A stretch of DNA of 64,000 bases, from the NCBI GenBank assembly GCA_964016885.1, contig OZ024742.1:112530001-112594000 (forward strand). The letters are read 5' to 3'. Shown here piece by piece: positions 51,988 to 64,000 of the stretch. Both the position numbers and the translations under genes were made by a program. Within the stretch, counting starts at the first letter, position 1. Every line of letters starts with the position of its first letter. Below the pieces are notes generated by a model that searched no databases, was not told the origin of the DNA, and saw only the letters and a list, made by a program, of their open reading frames with translations. This DNA is from Eledone cirrhosa. Its lineage: Eukaryota.

Positions 51988-54217
51988 TGCATTTATTTCC
52001 ACGTCTGTGAGCAACTGCTTGTTTTAAAATGTAACATTATGCCAGTGTTTGCTTGTATCAAGTTAATTTAATGATGGAGTGCTACACCTTTGTCTTGTAT
52101 GATGAACCTTAATCAATCATGTATGTTTTGAAAGGCGTCTAATCGGAACATATAGACATGATCTAGCAGCCTATTATATCAGCCTCTCTAACACTCAATG
52201 CCAAAGATCGAAACAGTCAATACTCTTTCAGTTCTTCTTTGCTATATGTAATTCACTAATATATTTCTAACCTTACTATGCAGTGTTTCATTATTTCACT
52301 TTCTCTTTTGCCATCGAAAATGCTTGTAGATTATTATCTATTATTCATGCATTGGCATAACATCCATTTCATACACCAACCCCCTAACTAGATATTGCCA
52401 TTTGTCAAATTCTAGATTTATTGTACACTATGACATAGTTACAAACTAAAGATGAGCAATATATTTAATTCTTCGACTTTGAAAAGTACATGTTCGAACC
52501 GAAAGTATGGCAAATGTAGTTTAGAAGCAAAGGATTCTCGGAATTTTGGCATGGATGTATCTTGGTACCGTTAGTATCTACGTAGTTAATTGCAGCAGCT
52601 GTTGCATAGATGATGTTTCTGTTGAGCTTTAACTCTAGTTTATTACTACAAAATACAAGCAATTGTGGAAATAAAATAAAATGATTATTGATGAAATATT
52701 TTTTTATACTGCTGCAAGGTATCTTTTATACTGCTGCACGGTCTCATATTCAGTTCTGTGTCTTCCGTGATTTTACATGTTGAGGAAATTAATTCAGGTT
52801 ACATATGTGAAGTAATTATCTTTGATTATGCACACCCGAAGTACTGGTATTACTGGATTAAGGGAGCGTTCGGTCTTACATGGATGGTATGAGGATCTTC
52901 TGGTTGCGAACATTATAACTCATATTACCCATTGCTCATTTACTAATATTGTAAGTTCTGTTATGCTTGAACAAATGTCCTCTAGTGCATATGAACCTAT
53001 TTTATTAATTTATTCTACATACTAAATCTTGTAACACTTTACACAACTTAATCTCGTTTTCAAACGCAACATTTCTGATCATATCTCGACAACATTATAT
53101 ATGACCTACTTAAAGAAATGTACAAATAAAAGAATTGTTTCATATGAAATCATTCGTTAAGTCATAAATCATCAGTGTGCTTCATCCCAGATCAGTTCTC
53201 TCTCACTCTCTCTATATAAAAACATTCCCATTTTAGCACCAGCAATCTGGACGCAAAACTTATGAGAAACTTTCTAGAAATTGTGCCTATCATCATATTT
53301 AATATTAGGAACAAATAAAAAATGATAACCCCTTCTGTTCCAAAAACACAACAAAATCATAAACACACTGTGTTTAGAATGCAATGTATTTTTTTAATCC
53401 AGCTCTTATTTCATAAGAGTAAGTGTACATGGAGAAACTCATTCGGTACATCTTTCATCATAAGTATGAAAGCACCCATTAATTGATTTGCTGAACTTCG
53501 ATATTATTATTTTTCTCATTATCGTTTTGCTAAAGTATATGGCACATATGTGATATCCATAGCTGGTCACTTTGGTCGTATTATCTTTCAGGCTCTCTAA
53601 TTCAATGATAGTAATGATGAGGAAGTTCTTTCAAGAATGTTATTTTTCTTATCAAATTCAGTTCTAAGTAGAGCTGGGTTTATAGTTTTGCAACATTAGG
53701 TTGTTGCTTGAATAACGATTTAACAACGGCAAGTATAATCGTAGATTCTGATACACGTTATATATATTGGGACAGAAACTGCTAAGGTCATAGTTGTTAT
53801 GATGTTCTCTGTCACATGTACGTTTATATTTTTTACTGTTGATAAACATTGATTGCCAGCTGAATTAAATATAGAATTATAAAATATAGTGAAGCGAAAA
53901 CCAATCCACACCAAAGAGTAATTTTGTTTTATTATATATTTCTGGCAATATTATAACAACATGACCCTCCCCAAACATAACAATGTATACATGTATATAT
54001 AAATATGTGTATGTTGTCTAACTTCATTAGTTTTTTCATTGTTTTGGTATTCTATGGTTGGGTTTTGCCTGCCACAATTTTGAATTTATCAAGCTATCTA
54101 AACGTAATGTTATTAGTCTGAGGACCTACCCTTATTGAGTGCGTTGCTACTCATTCCTAATTGTAGGTCGACTTTGCTTGGCCCCAGCCAAAGATTTGAT
54201 CTGACTAAGCTTCCCCT

Positions 54218-54249
<32 letters not shown>

Positions 54250-54256
<7 letters not shown>

Positions 54257-55520
54257 ATAGGGTGAAAAAGACGATTATTAGGAAGAAATATTTTATTTTT
54301 TCCTTTTATTATTTTCTCTTTTTTCTGGGTTAGAACATTTTTAAAACAAAATATTTTACTTTGTGTGAAGTGTTAACGTATTAGTTAATGTATTTACTAA
54401 TTAACAATGGCATTTATTTATTTATTTGTTTATATATTTAATAATTGTCTATTACCGGTTTCAGCATTTTATGCAATATCGAAGGGGGGAATTTCTATTC
54501 GTATAACATTTTGGAAAGAAAATAATGTGATGTTGAACATGTTAAGGATATGGGAAAGAAATAATAATATTATTAACAAACAAGGTTTTGAAGTAAAAAG
54601 AAAAAAAGAAAAAAAAAGGGGTGATGCGGAACATGATAAAGTAATGGGAAAGAAAGAATAATATTATTTACAGGCATATTTCTTGAGGATAAGCAGTTCA
54701 AAATGTGTTATTATTGCAAGAGAGCTTGGTTGGTCCATAATGGAGGCAAATGGTAGTCTGGGGTTTGATATGATTTCTCTTTTTAGAGAGTTAATATGCA
54801 GTTGGAGGTAATTCAGGGTGGTCAGGTAGGGGAGAGAGAAATGAGAGGGGGGTAATTAATTTATATAAGAAAAAGGGATAGGTAGGGTGTAGGGAGGTAA
54901 CTCTTCAGAAAACATAGCGATTGGGCTTTAGTTCATTGTTCGTTCCAGTTTTAGTTTAGTCCGAAGTTTAGTCCACCAAGTAGAGGTTGGAATTTGTTAA
55001 GGAAGTACGTTTCCTTATTGGTACGATGGATGAAAGAAACGTTGTCTATAAATTTGTAAATGGGGGAAATTTTAAAGTTTGGACGTTGGTTGGTTAGGCG
55101 ACATGTTCACTCAAAACAATCTTTCTGTATTCTTGTATTTTGATTTGTGATCTATATGTAGTTAGAGGCTGTTTTCTGTCTCTCCTATGTAGTGCTTTCG
55201 ACAACCTGAGCATGTCCAAACATAGATTAGGTTTTCAGATGCACATGTAAAGTTGTATTTAACTGTGAAATGTTTTCCTTGTTAAAAATGGAATGATGAA
55301 TCTTCTATTAGATTTATGTATATACCACAGTTGGGCCTTCCGCATTTTTTTTACTGTAGGTTCCATTGTGAGGTTTGGATGGGTTCTGGTTTGTGTGAGG
55401 TTGTTTTTTTTATCATTGTCATGTCCATAGAATCATTAGATAATGATTCTATGGAGTTCCTTTTTCTATATTGGTCTGATTATTAATTATTTAATTAATT
55501 CGTCATTGAACCACACTGTG
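54250..55520 (-). mobile_element. 5'-truncated Neptune-like PLE (same family as 11984-12840)
   Basis: Minus strand KCGRPNCG...NFTCASENLIYVWTCSGCRKHYIGET...RSQIKIQEYRK; nucleotide similarity to 12440-12780. Confidence 0.75.
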
Positions 55521-55635
55521 AATGGTTGCCAAAAACATATCTATATATATGTGTCTATGGCCTTGTCTAATTTATATGTATATACACTTAAAATTGTGTA
55601 TATACATATATCATATATATATATATATAAATAAT

Positions 55636-55723
<88 letters not shown>

Positions 55724-55730
55724 GGGGAGA

Positions 55731-55776
<46 letters not shown>

Positions 55777-56323
55777 TTGTATGACTTGGTAGTTTAGCTT
55801 AATTCCATTAACCAAATCTACTCGAACTCACTGACGTCAGATACTAAAGGTGTCAACCGCCACTGAATCACAAAGTTACAAGGTGAAATCCTTAACCGCT
55901 CTGTATTGACTACACTGTAGCATTTATAATAAGCTAATGCAAGATGTTTTATACGTGAAGGTAGCAACACACTTTCCTACTAAGTTTTATGTTTAGCTTC
56001 GATCATAAAATAAAAGCAATGTCAAAAAAATAACTTGATGTAGTCTGTATAGATAAATAGTAGCGTTCCGATGTCATTCTGTAAAAGTACAATTTTAAAT
56101 AAAACCTCAGGAAATACCGCTTTATATCAATGAATTGCCAGTTTGCGTGATACACCAACAGAATATATATCAAACCTAAATATGATGTAGTCTTGTATTC
56201 TATTCATAAATAATGCAAATTGAAATAGTATTGGTATGTCCCCAAATCCCTTTCCAGTAGCATCAACAGAAACACTAGTATTAGTATTATTGTTATTATG
56301 GTTGTTGTTGATATTATCATAAT

Positions 56324-56392
<69 letters not shown>

Positions 56393-56456
56393 TGGTAGTA
56401 GTAGTAGTTGTAGTTGTAGTAGTAGTAATTGTAGTAGTAATAATAGAAGCAGCAAC

Positions 56457-56510
<54 letters not shown>

Positions 56511-56511
56511 T

Positions 56512-56570
<59 letters not shown>
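56324..56570. repeat. (TAG)n microsatellite
   Basis: Imperfect run; source of the poly-L/S/Y/V ORFs. Confidence 0.97.
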
Positions 56571-56571
<1 letters not shown>

Positions 56572-56743
56572 CATGGACGATCGTAATGTCACACTTGATA
56601 ATCATGAATTTCTGCAAACGAATGAGGTGAATCATTCCACGTAGAAATGAAATAAAGATTTGCTAAATAATTTTATGGTTAGGGATTTTATGCTTAACCC
56701 TTTCCATTGAAAAATGATTTTTACCATTACAAACCATACATAA

Positions 56744-56777
<34 letters not shown>

Positions 56778-56812
56778 ATAATAATAATAATAATAATAGT
56801 AATAATAATAAA

Positions 56813-59800
56813 ATGGTCAAGGGAAGATAATAAAGAAGTCCTTGAGGCTTTCTACACTGCCATGTACTACCCATCAAATACATCGAATACAGAACAAACA
56901 TATATCAACTGGAAAAAGAAACATCCCGAAAACAGAGGCTATATTGACAGTAACAAACTAGCCAATATACGAAGAAATATTGTAAGAAAAAAGTTACTAA
57001 CTGATATAGAAATTGATCAGATCAAGCTAGTAGCACAAAGTCAGCGAAGGGAAAATGAAGCATGTGTCAGGGAAAACGAGGTAAACTGTAACACTTCGAA
57101 TCCCAGGGTTGGGGCGGAATCACTGGCAACAGAACAATTTAAAGAAAGGAGCGAAAAAGTGGAGGGAGTGCATGCTCAAGATGAAACTCCAGATGAAAAT
57201 AATGAGATCGTAAATGATAAAGAAATGAATGAGAATGAACTTGCCAACTTGAAGGATGAAATTATGATCGAATGGATGAAAATGAAAGAATCTGACATGG
57301 GGCAACGAGACACCCTCCCTAAGATCCAGAACTCCAAACAGAACCAACAGATAATACACAAGACTAACATAATTCTCAAAAACATTATCATCACAAACAA
57401 ACTAAACATTACTGACTTAAATCATCTCTATTATGCATCGGCTAAAGTCACCACTCACTTATGTGGAGTGAAGATGAAAAAACAAAGGAATTCCCACAAG
57501 AAATCTACTTGGCAAGATAAAATCAATCGCCAAATAAACCTTCTTCGATCTGACATAGAAATTTTAACAAACTATAAAGTAGGTGAACATGTTAAACAAA
57601 CTAAACTTAGAAAATAGAAAAAAAAAGTACAGTATAAGATCAACATGTGACATAGACATGCTGATAGAAACAATCAAGCAAAAAGTGTCGGCCAAAGCTG
57701 CTCGTATAAGGCGCTTTGAAAAACGATCTAGATTCTATAAGGACAATAATATGTTCAAAAACAACCATAGAAACATCTACAGAAAAATTGGTAAGTCAAC
57801 AATAACTGCTAAATCAATACCACCCAAGGAGGAAGTGCAAGAATTCTGGGAAAAGATCTGGGCCGAAGAAAAAGTTCATAAAATACATGCCCCATGGATA
57901 GACAGACACATGAAAGATACAGCTCACCTTGAGGAACAAACATGGGAAAATATAACAGTTGAACAGTTGCGCTTGGCTCTAAGAAAAACCAGCAAATGGA
58001 AATCCCCAGGAAAAGACAAGATACAAAACTTTAGGATAAATGCCTTCACAGAGTCTCATGAGCTGTTAGCCCAACTTTACAATGAAATAGTTAAGGAGCC
58101 TGAAAAGATACCATCATGGCTAGGTAACGGCATTACATTCCTGCTACCGAAGAATGATGAGACAAACAATCCCAAAAATTACAGACCGTTAACCTGCTTG
58201 ACCACAATGTATAACATTTTAACATCAGTCCTAACTGAATACACATATGACCACCTGATAACAAATGACCTATTTCCCATTGAGCAGAAAGGGTGTAAAC
58301 GAGGCTCATATGGCTGTAAGGATCAGCTTCGGGTTAACAAAATGATACTGGAAGATTGTCATAATAGACACAAAAATCTATCGATTGCTTGGTTAGATTA
58401 TAAAAAAGCATTCGATAGTTTGCCACATTGAAAAATGTTTAGAGATTTTCAAAATATCCCCCGTTGTCAGGAGGTTTTTGTCATTCAGTATGAGGACATG
58501 GAGAACGACACTCCTTTTGAATAGTGAAACAAAATCACTGGAAGCTGGAGAAGTTAACATTAATTGTGGAATTTTTCAGGGTGACTCTTTATCACCGCTT
58601 TTATTCTGCATCGCACTTATACAATTAAGTAAAATGCTCAATGAAACAAAACATGGATATAGAGTCTATGACAAAACCATTAATCACCTGTTCTACATGG
58701 ATGACCTGAAACTATTTGCAAAAAATGATGAACCATTGCAAGGGCTATTATCCACTGTGAAGCAGTTCAGTGATGACATTAAAATGGAGTTTGGACTGGA
58801 TAAATGCGCCAAAGCAACGTTCACCAGAGGAAACCTGCTGAAGAGTTCAGACATTAATCTTGATCGGGGAACGTGATAAGAGAGCTTGATCAAGATAAAA
58901 CTTACAAATATCTAGGTGTTTGTGAAGGAGACGGAATCAAGCACTCGACAATAAGGGAAAGGATAAGAAAGGAATGTTACCGCAGAGTCAGAGCAATCTT
59001 AAGAACGGAATTGAATGCAAGGAATAGGATCGATGCCATAAACACGCTTGCCATACCAGTAGTAACCTACAGTTACAATGTCATCAACTGGTCAAGCACA
59101 GAGATCCGTAGGCTCGATACAAAAATCCGAAAATTCTTAACCATGCACAGAATGCATCACCCTAAGGCAGACATAGATAGAATATGTCTGCCTAGGAAAG
59201 AAGGAGGACGTGGGTTAATCCAGTTAGACATTGCGTTGAAAACTGCAACAATTGGATTATCCACATATCTAAGGGAATCACATGATTGGATGATCAAACT
59301 CGTTTTGAAACACGAAAGCACCAAAAGATCATATTCCATTACAAAAGATGCACAAAGATACAGTAATGGACTACAAATTTCAGAAGTCCCATTTACTGCT
59401 GAAATGGAAAACACAGAAAAAGCAAAGCAGGTAAAAGTAACTGCAAAGAAAGAACTGCTACAGAAACTGGCTAAGAAATGGCAAGAAAAGCCTCTGTATG
59501 GAAAATACCCAGAGCGAGCTAACAATCCTGATGTTGACAAAACTTTAACCCATCAGTGGTTGGCATCCTCTGGACTGAAATCGGAGACTGAAGGACTGAT
59601 TATATCAGCACAAGATCAGTGTCTGCCAACAAAAAATTACCAAGCCAACATAATAAAAAATGGGTGCAGAACATTATGCCGTGTATGCAAAAAACAACCA
59701 GAGACCATGGAACATTTAATTTCAATGTGCTGTCCTATAGCTCCAACCGAATACCTAAACAGGCATGACAGAGCTGCACAATACATACATTGGATAATGT

Positions 59801-60383
59801 GTAAGCATTTTGACCCGCCCCATCAAAAGAATTGGTGGGAGCATCAACCACCTCCCATACTTGAAAAAGATCACATCTCAATCTTGTGGAACTTTAGCAT
59901 CCAAACAGACCGAAAATTAGATGCAAATAGACCTGATATAATATTGAAGGACTTTCAAAGGAGGGTATGCCTGCTAATTGATATGTCTGTTCCAATAGAC
60001 AAGAATGTATCTCTAAAAACATTTGAAAAATTGAGCAAGTATAAGGACCTGGAGATAGAAATTGGAAAAATGTGGAAATTGAGAACTAAAACAATACCAG
60101 TGGTTGTAGGCGCTCTGGGAATGATACCTAAGGGGTCTAACGACTACTTATCGCAAATCCCAGGAAACCGGCGTATAGGAGAAATACAAAAGATAGTACT
60201 AATGGGAACTGCCCATATACTAAGGAAGATCCTGTCAATATAAGTACATCACAAGTCTAAACAATAAGGATGCATGTGTGAATATGTATGATCTTTCCTG
60301 AACATGGCGGACCTTGTTGTCTCTTGAGGTCACTGGTTGTGACTTGGTGATAACTCGTAGAAACATAAAGCAAGATAAATGCA

Positions 60384-60385
<2 letters not shown>
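56813..60385 (+). mobile_element. Dong/R4-clade non-LTR retrotransposon, copy 1 (frameshifted)
   Basis: RT motifs WKSPGKD, NYRPLTCL, DYKKAFDSLPH, GIFQGDSLSPLLF, HLFYMDD, YKYLG; CCHC and RLE motifs CRVC..ETMEH..C..RHD, RPDI, LIDMSVP, KLSKY; (TAA)n on both sides. Confidence 0.92.
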
Positions 60386-60448
<63 letters not shown>

Positions 60449-60450
<2 letters not shown>

Positions 60451-63400
60451 GGTCAAGGGAAGATGGTCAAGGGAAGATAATAAAGAAGTCCTTGAGGCTT
60501 TCTACACTGCCATGTACTACCCATCAAATACATCGAATACAGAACAAACATATATCAACTGAAAAAGAAACATCCCGAAAACAGAGGCTATATTGACAGT
60601 AACAAACTAGCCAATATACGAAGAAATATTGTAAGAAAAAAGTTACTAACTGATATAGAAATTGATCAGATCAAGCTATTAGCACAAAGTCAGCGAAGGG
60701 AAAATGAAACATGTGGCAGTGAAAACGAGGTAAACTGTAACACTTCGAATCCCAGGGTTGGGGCGGAATCACTGACACCAGAACACATTAAAGAAATGAG
60801 CGAAAAAGTGGAGGGAGTGCATGCTCAAGATGAAACTCCAAATGAAAATAATGAGATCGTAAATGATAAAGAAATGAATGAGAATGAACTTGCAAACTTG
60901 AAGGATGAAATTATGATCGAATGGATGGAAATGAAAGAATCTTACATGGGGCAACGAGACCCCCTCCCTAAGATCCAGAACTCCAAACAGAACCAAAAGA
61001 TAATACACAAGACTAACATGATTCTCAAAAACATTATCATCACAAACAAACTAAACATTACTGATTTAAATCATCTCTATTATGCATCGGCTAAAGTCAC
61101 CACTCACTTATGTGGAGTGAAGATGAAAAAACAAAGGAATTCCCACAAGAAATCTACTTGGCAAGAGAACATCAATCGCTAAATAAATCTTCTCCGATCT
61201 GACATAGAAATGTTAACAGACTATAAAGTAGGTGAACCTGTTAAACAAACTAAACTTAGAAAATTGAAGAAAAAGTACAGTATAAAATCAACAATGACAT
61301 AAACATGCTGATAGAAATAATCAAGCAAAAAGTGTCGGCCAAAGCTGCTCGTATAAGGCGCTTTGAAAAACGATTTAGATTCTATAAGGACAATAAAAGA
61401 AACTTCTACAGAAATATTGGTAAGTCAACAATAACTGCTAAATCAATACCACCCAAGGAGGAAGTGCAAGAATTCTGGGAAAAGATCTGGGCCGAAGAAA
61501 AAGTTCATAAAATACATGCCCCATGGATAGACAGACACATGAAAGATACAGCTCACCTTGAGGAACAAACATGGGAAAATATAACAGTTGAACAGTTGCG
61601 CTTGGCTCTAAGAAAAACCAGCAAATGGAAATCCCCAGGAAAAGACAAGATACAAAACTTTAGGATAAATGCCTTCACAGAGTCTCATGAGCTGTTAGCC
61701 CAACTTTACAATGAAATAGTTAAGGAGCCTGAAAAGATACCATCATGGCTAGGTAACGGCATTACATTCCTGCTACCGAAGAATGATGAGACAAACAATC
61801 CCAAACATTACAGACCGTTAACCTGCTTGACCACAATGTATAACATTTTAACATCAGTCCTAACTGAATACACATATGACCACCTGATAACAAATGACCT
61901 ATTTCCCATTGAGCAGAAAGGGTGTAAACGAGGCTCATATGGCTGTAAGGATCAGCTTCGGGTTAACAAAATGATACTGGAAGATTGTCATAATAGACAC
62001 AAAATTCTATCGATTGCTTGGATAGATTATAAAAAGAGCATTCGATAGTTTGCCACACAGTTGGATTGAAAAATGTTTAGAGATTTTCAAAATATCTCTC
62101 GTTGTCAGTAGGTTTTTGTCATTCAGTATGAAGACATGGAAAACGACACTCCTTTTTAATAGTGAAACAAAATCACTGGAAGCTGGAGAAGTTAATATTA
62201 ATTGTGGAATTTTTCAAGGTGACTCTTTATCACCGCTTTTATTTTGCATCGCACTTATACCATTAAGTAAAATGCTCAATAAAACAAAACATGTATATAG
62301 AGTCTATGACAAAACCATTAATCACTTCTTCTACATGGATGACCTGAAACTATTTGCAAAAAATGATGAACAATTGCAAGGGCTATTATCCACTGTGAAG
62401 CAGTTCAGTGATGACATTAAAATGGAGTTTGGACTAGATAAATGCGCCAAAGCAACGTTCACCAGAGGAAAGCTGCTTAAGAGTTCAGACATAAATCTTG
62501 ATCGGGAGAACGTGATAAGAGAACTTGATCAAGAAAAAAAAATAATAAATATCTAGGTGTTTGTGAAGGAGACGGAATCAAGCACTCGACAATCAGGGAA
62601 AGGATAAGGAAGGAATGTTACCGCAGAGTAAGAGCAATCTTAAGAACGGAATTGAATGCAAGGAATAGGATCGATGCCATAAACACGCTTGCCATACCAG
62701 TAGTAACCTACAGTTACAATGTCATCAATTGGTCAAGCACAGAGATCCGTAGGCTCGATACAAAAATCCGAAAATTCTTAACCATCCACAGAATGCATCA
62801 CCCTAAGGCAGATATAGATAGAATATATCTCCCTAGGAAAGAAGGAGGACATGGGTTAATCCAGTTAGACATTGTGTTGAAAACTGCAACAATTGGATTA
62901 TCTACACATCTAAGGGAATCACATGATTGGATGATCAACTCGTTTTGAAACACGAAAGCATTAAAAGATCATATTCCATTACAAAAGATGCACAAAGATA
63001 CAGTAATGGACTACACATTTCAGAAGTCCCATTTACTGCTCAAATGGAAAACACAGAAAAAGCAAAGCAGGTAAAAGTAACTGTAAAGAAAGAACTGTAA
63101 AGAAACTGGCTAAGAAATGGCAAGAAAAGCCTCTGTATGGAAAATACCCAGAGCGAGTTAACAATCCTGATGTTGACAAAATTTAACCCATCAGTGGTTG
63201 GCATCCTCTGGACTGAAATCGGAGACTGAAGGACCGATCATATCAGCCAACAAAAAATTACCAAGCCAACATAATAAAAAATGGATGCAGCCCATTATGC
63301 CGTGTATGCAAAAAACAACCAGAGACCATTGACCATATCATTTCAATGTGCAGTCCTATAGCTCCAACCGAATACCTAAACAGGCATGACAGAGCTGCAC

Positions 63401-64000
63401 AATACATACATTGGATAATGTGTAAGCATTTTGACGTGCCCCATCAAAAGAATTGGTGGGAGCATCAACCACCTCCCATACTTGAAAAAGATCACATCTC
63501 AATCTTGTGGAACTTTAGCATCCAAACAGACCGAAAAATAGATGCAAATAGACCTGATATAATATTGAAGGACTTTAAAATGAGGTTATGCCTGCTAATT
63601 GATATGTCTGTTCCAATACACAAGAATGTATCTCTAAAAACATTTGAAAAATTGAGCAAGTATAAGGACCTGGAGATAGAAATTGGAAAAATGTGGAAAT
63701 TGAGAACTAAAACAATACCAGTGGTTGTAGGCGCCCTGGGAATGATACCTAAGGGGTCTAATGATTACTTATCGCAGATCCCAGGAAACTCGCGTATAGG
63801 AGAAATACAAAAGATAGTACTAATGGGAACTGCCCATATACTAAGGAAGATTCTGTCAATATAAGTACATCACAAGTCTAAACACTAAAGATGCATGTGT
63901 GAGTATGTATGTTCTTCCTTGAACATGGCGGACCTTGTTGTCTCTTGAGGTCTATGGTTGAGACTTGGTGATAACTCGTATGAACATAAAGCAAGATAAA
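60449..64000 (+). mobile_element. Dong/R4-clade non-LTR retrotransposon, copy 2 (frameshifted; 3' UTR runs to window edge)
   Basis: Colinear with copy 1, ORF stop at 63864, same 3' UTR stem GACCTTG..TGAGGTC; separated from copy 1 by (TAA)n at 60385-60448. Confidence 0.92.

Noticed and set aside
56204-56635. Poly-L/S/Y/V ORFs and poly-E/R/K/F ORFs (1999-2310, 7419-7702, 39337-39737)
   Set aside because: Trinucleotide microsatellite artefacts.

Overview
Eukaryotic, AT-rich and almost entirely repeat-derived DNA with no confidently identifiable host gene. The mix of tRNA-headed SINEs, Penelope-like elements (PLEs), RTE, Dong/R4, CR1 and CRE LINE remnants and very dense (TA)n/(TATG)n microsatellites suggests a coleoid cephalopod such as Octopus; this is an inference. 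Most ORFs in the track are microsatellite artefacts. Real coding remnants are PLE RT+GIY-YIG proteins of two types (CxCx5C-linker Hydra-like and CCHH Neptune-like), two tandem Dong/R4-type retrotransposons in (TAA)n, and fragments of CRE, RTE, CR1 and L1/Tx1-like elements. The strongest hidden signal is non-coding: about a dozen minimal type-I hammerhead ribozyme (HHR) motifs, read by eye, in PLE termini and in two non-coding tandem arrays that look like retrozymes (591 bp and ~500 bp units). Several motifs carry the non-canonical U3-A8 core (UUGANAA), greatly extended stem II, or a GCAA core. A very young PLE sits between two near-identical 3.37-kb inverted arms, and many small hairpin-plus-tail PLE ends abut (TA)n. 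All RNA structures are manual predictions and are untested.
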